Assembly: GCA_045643465.1 (NCBI GenBank)
Contig: JAZUKV010000002.1
Span: 3,085-67,084 of the forward strand
Direction of reading: 5' to 3'
DNA from: Clostridia bacterium
GTDB lineage: Bacteria > Bacillota > Clostridia > TANB77 > CAG-508
DNA: 64,000 nt
Part shown: in pieces, positions 61,201-64,000 of the stretch
How positions within the stretch are numbered: position 1 is the stretch's first letter
Layout: each line of letters begins with the position of its first letter
Notes under the pieces: generated by a model
Seen by the model: only the letters and a program-made list of their open reading frames with translations
What the model was told of the DNA's origin: nothing
The model's database searches: none
Translations under genes and position numbers: made by a program

Positions 61201-62073
61201 ATGGAAAATTTATATGATAAAACAAAATTTTTACTTAACAAGTATAAATTAACGGCAAATAAAAATCTAGGACAAAACTTTTTAATAAATGATGATGTAG
61301 TAAATAAAATTGTTGAATCAGCTGATTTATCTGATGAAGATTTAGTAATTGAAATTGGTCCTGGATTAGGAAATTTAACAGAATATTTATTAGAAAAAGC
61401 AGGTAAAGTAATAGCTATAGAGCTAGATGATAGAATGCTAGAAATATTATCAGATAGATTTACTTTATATAATAATTTTGAAGTAATTCATGAAGATGTA
61501 TTAAAGGTAGATTTAAATAAAATAATTGAAGAGAGCAAAAACAAAGGTCTAAAAAGAGCTAAGATTGTAGCTAATTTACCATATTATATAACAACTCCAA
61601 TTATTATGAAATTATTGGAAGAAAAGTTAGATATAGAAAGTATTACTGTTATGGTTCAAAAGGAAGTGGCAGATAGACTAATTGCAACACCTGGTGATAA
61701 ATTATCTGGAGCAATTACTTATTGTGTATACTATTATGCAACTTCACAAAATGTAACTATTGTAGAAAATAATTCATTTATACCAGAGCCATCAGTAGAT
61801 TCAGAGGTAATAAAATTAACAATACGTAAATCAAGCCCGGTAAATTTAGTAAATGAAGAACATTTTTTTAAATTAATAAAAGCTAGTTTTATGCAAAGAC
61901 GAAAAACTTTAATAAATGCATTAGTTAACGGAAATATAGTTAGAGATAAAAATGAAGCCAAAGATCTTTTTGATAAGTTGGAACTAGATTATAATACGAG
62001 AGGAGAAACTTTAACAATAGAAGAATTTGCAAGTATTTCTAATTATTTAATGTCGCAAAAAAATAAGAATTAG
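61201..62073 (+). CDS. rsmA: 16S rRNA (adenine1518-N6/adenine1519-N6)-dimethyltransferase
   Basis: The motifs LGQNFLIND, the SAM-binding EIGPGLGNLT and NLPYYITTPI are all present. Confidence 0.93.
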   Translation: MENLYDKTKFLLNKYKLTANKNLGQNFLINDDVVNKIVESADLSDEDLVIEIGPGLGNLTEYLLEKAGKVIAIELDDRMLEILSDRFTLYNNFEVIHEDVLKVDLNKIIEESKNKGLKRAKIVANLPYYITTPIIMKLLEEKLDIESITVMVQKEVADRLIATPGDKLSGAITYCVYYYATSQNVTIVENNSFIPEPSVDSEVIKLTIRKSSPVNLVNEEHFFKLIKASFMQRRKTLINALVNGNIVRDKNEAKDLFDKLELDYNTRGETLTIEEFASISNYLMSQKNKN

Positions 62074-62085
62074 AAGGGAGTATAT

Positions 62086-62802
62086 ATGAATCAGATATTA
62101 GCAACAGATAAATTATATGTTACACAGAAATTGAAAAATAAAAAAAATAGATATAAAATTCAATTTTTTGCATCTTTAATTTTAGTAGTTATTTTTTCAG
62201 GTTGGTATATTCATACAGAAATAGATAAAAATTCTTCTGAAGCTGTATCTCAAGATATATTAGATGATATAAGAATAGATGAAAATAACAGTTTTGATAA
62301 AACAACTGCAAGTTCACAACCATTAATCGTAGCTATGGAAGATGATGATGTGCCACAACAAAATGTAAATATTGAATCAAGTGCTACATATACAGATAAT
62401 AAAACAGGTATAACATATACATATGAATCAATATTAAGTATTCCATCTTTAAAAATTGAATATCCAGTTTTAACAGAAACATCAGATGAATTATTAAAAA
62501 TTTCTTTGAATAAATTCTGGGGAGGTAGTCCAAATACTGTAGGAAATTATGTTATAGTAGGTCATAATTATAAAAGCGGAAAAATGTTTGGAAAATTATC
62601 TCAAATTAATATAGGTGATAAGGTTAATTTAAAAGATATGTCTGGCAAAAGTTTAACTTATGAAGTATATAATAAATATGTTGTTTATCCTGATAATGTT
62701 GCTTGTACAAGTCAGATGACTCAAGGATTAAAAGAAATGACATTAATTACTTGTACAAATGGGGGAAAACAAAGATTAGTAGTAAAATGTAGAGAAGTAT
62801 AA
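62086..62802 (+). CDS. Sortase (238 aa) with an N-terminal signal-anchor; candidate class B-like enzyme
   Basis: The catalytic motif is TLITCT, followed by the conserved Arg (VVKCREV). The conserved His is in VGHNYKSGKMFGKL. The N-terminal transmembrane segment is FFASLILVVIFSGWYI. Confidence 0.85.
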   Translation: MNQILATDKLYVTQKLKNKKNRYKIQFFASLILVVIFSGWYIHTEIDKNSSEAVSQDILDDIRIDENNSFDKTTASSQPLIVAMEDDDVPQQNVNIESSATYTDNKTGITYTYESILSIPSLKIEYPVLTETSDELLKISLNKFWGGSPNTVGNYVIVGHNYKSGKMFGKLSQINIGDKVNLKDMSGKSLTYEVYNKYVVYPDNVACTSQMTQGLKEMTLITCTNGGKQRLVVKCREV

Positions 62803-62805
62803 AAT

Positions 62806-62845
62806 AAAACTACACAAATTTATTTGTGTAGTTTTATTTATTTTT
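62806..62845. terminator. Bidirectional terminator between the convergent sortase and XRE genes
   Basis: A perfect stem (aaactacacaaat / atttgtgtagttt) is flanked by A/T runs. Confidence 0.75.
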
Positions 62846-63160
62846 AATAATTAATTTTGCAATATCATAAATAAGTTTTTGATTTTCTTTTGAAGAATTT
62901 TTTAATAATTCATTAAATTCATCTGATAAATAGTTTGTTGAATCAGTACTTGTTCCATTTAATATAGTTCCTTCATCAATATTTAGGATTGAGCATATTT
63001 CACTTAATCTTGTTAAATTTATGTGAGTAGAACCTCGCTCGATTCTACTAATAAATGCAACAGAAACATTTAATTTTTCTGCTAAGTTTTCTTGTGTTAA
63101 ATTTTTTTCTATTCTAGATTTACGTATTCGCTCTCCAATGATTCTATAATCTAATGCCAT
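62834..63160 (-). CDS. XRE-family helix-turn-helix transcriptional regulator
   Basis: The HTH is LTQENLAEKLNVSVAFISRIERG. The ATG at 63160 with RBS gagaggtg is preferred over the upstream ATG at 63175. Confidence 0.8.
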   Translation of the reverse strand: MALDYRIIGERIRKSRIEKNLTQENLAEKLNVSVAFISRIERGSTHINLTRLSEICSILNIDEGTILNGTSTDSTNYLSDEFNELLKNSSKENQKLIYDIAKLIIKNK

Positions 63161-63269
63161 ATAATCACCTCTCATAAATAAAAAGATATAGCAATTAAAT
63201 TTTAAAGTACAGAAATCTATAAGTTAATATATACTTGAAAATTAAAAATATACGTAAATACTTAAATTT

Positions 63270-63303
63270 AACAAAAATAAAAAAGGATATGACGTCATAT
63301 CCT
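63270..63303 (-). terminator. Rho-independent terminator of the SPFH gene
   Basis: A perfect 20-bp palindrome (aggatatgacgtcatatcct) is followed, on the minus strand, by a T-run. Confidence 0.75.
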
Positions 63304-63319
63304 TTTCTATATGGTAAAA

Positions 63320-64000
63320 CTATTCTTTTGGTTGAACTGGTTTTTTAATTATTGTTTTTTCTTTTTTATCAGATATAGCTTCTTTGATAGCTCCAATGCT
63401 TCCTAATGCAGATGTTGCATCGAAAGGTATAAATACTTTATTTGCATCTCCATCAGCAATTTCTTTTAATGCTTCTAAAGATTTTAATTGTACTAATTTA
63501 TCATTTGGATGTGAATCCATAACAGCACCATAAACTAATCTTATTTCTTCAGCTTTGGCATCAGCAACTTGTTTTATAGCTTCAGCTTCACCGGCAGCTC
63601 TTCTTATAGCAGCTTCTCTATCAGCTTCAGCTTCTAATATAGCAGCTTCTTTTTTACCTTCTGCTAAAGTAATTGCAGATTGTCTTTCACCTTCTGCTTG
63701 AAGAATTAAAGCTCTTTTATTTCTTTCTGCATTCATTTGTTTTTCCATTGCATCTCTAATGTCTGCAGGTGGAGTTATATCTTTTATTTCAACTCTATCA
63801 ACTTTACATCCCCATTGGTCTGTAGCTTCATCTAATACAACTCTTAATTGATCATTAATGCTATCACGTGAGCTAAAAGTTGCATCTAAATCCATTTTAC
63901 CAACTATATCACGTATTGTTGTGATTGCTAAATATTCAATACCTTTTTTCAAAGATTGAATTTCGTATACAGCCTTTGCAGGATCTGTAATTTTGTAGAA
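63320..64000 (-). CDS. SPFH / band-7 (stomatin-prohibitin-flotillin-like) protein; its 5' end lies beyond the window edge
   Basis: The band-7 core is ...ITDPAKAVYEIQSLKKGIEYLAITTIRDIVGKMDLD...QWGCKVDRVEIKDITPP, with an Ala/Glu-rich coiled coil at the C-terminus. The frame is open to position 64000. Confidence 0.85.
   Translation of the reverse strand, partial: FYKITDPAKAVYEIQSLKKGIEYLAITTIRDIVGKMDLDATFSSRDSINDQLRVVLDEATDQWGCKVDRVEIKDITPPADIRDAMEKQMNAERNKRALILQAEGERQSAITLAEGKKEAAILEAEADREAAIRRAAGEAEAIKQVADAKAEEIRLVYGAVMDSHPNDKLVQLKSLEALKEIADGDANKVFIPFDATSALGSIGAIKEAISDKKEKTIIKKPVQPKE

Overview
This window comes from a low-GC (about 28% GC) spore-forming Firmicute of the Clostridium type. It contains three blocks, in order along the + strand. 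I saw no transposase, integrase, CRISPR array or rRNA.

1. Positions 1–15.7 kb: an accessory surface-protein locus with three co-oriented genes.
- A giant sortase-substrate adhesin with its 5' end cut by the window edge. It carries Cna-B/SpaA-like domains and a DUF285 repeat array, and ends in a cell-wall sorting signal with the motif NVKTGDN.
- A 2711-aa secreted protein with prealbumin-fold domains, two copies of an unrecognised roughly 150-aa domain (one split by a Glu-Pro x25 linker), and a C-terminal BspA-type leucine-rich-repeat region.
- A 1.4-kb frameshifted deletion derivative of the second gene that re-uses the same roughly 200-bp promoter and leader.

2. Housekeeping genes: topA, mntP, priA, def, fmt, a lone HNH nuclease, and the CIRCE-controlled hrcA-grpE-dnaK-dnaJ operon. 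These are followed by ppa, a TPR membrane protein, an orphan dpaA-like gene and a ROK kinase.

3. Positions 32.3–45.7 kb: a tRNA-bounded insert (tRNA-Ser on one side, tRNA-Gly and tRNA-Cys on the other). It holds one 12.5-kb gene for a 4181-aa wall-anchored protein whose sorting signal is SVKTGDN.
- Its core alternates Cna-B domains with nine copies of the same unrecognised domain seen in the 2711-aa protein.
- Its C-terminal part has further Cna-B domains, a DUF11-like domain and a MucBP domain.

Downstream lies the cell-division and cell-wall (dcw) cluster: mraZ (with MraZ operator boxes), a frameshifted rsmH, ftsL, a class B penicillin-binding protein (PBP), murE, mraY, ftsW/spoVE and murG; murD is absent. 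Then come a convergent second PBP, comM, dprA, yraN, rsmA, a candidate cognate sortase, an XRE-family regulator and a partial SPFH (band-7) gene.

The most interesting content is the modular giant adhesin system. Three very large surface proteins share shuffled modules, including a repeated domain I do not recognise. Two of them carry an unusual [S/N]VKTG sorting motif. Together with the candidate sortase, this is the likeliest undescribed system in the window.
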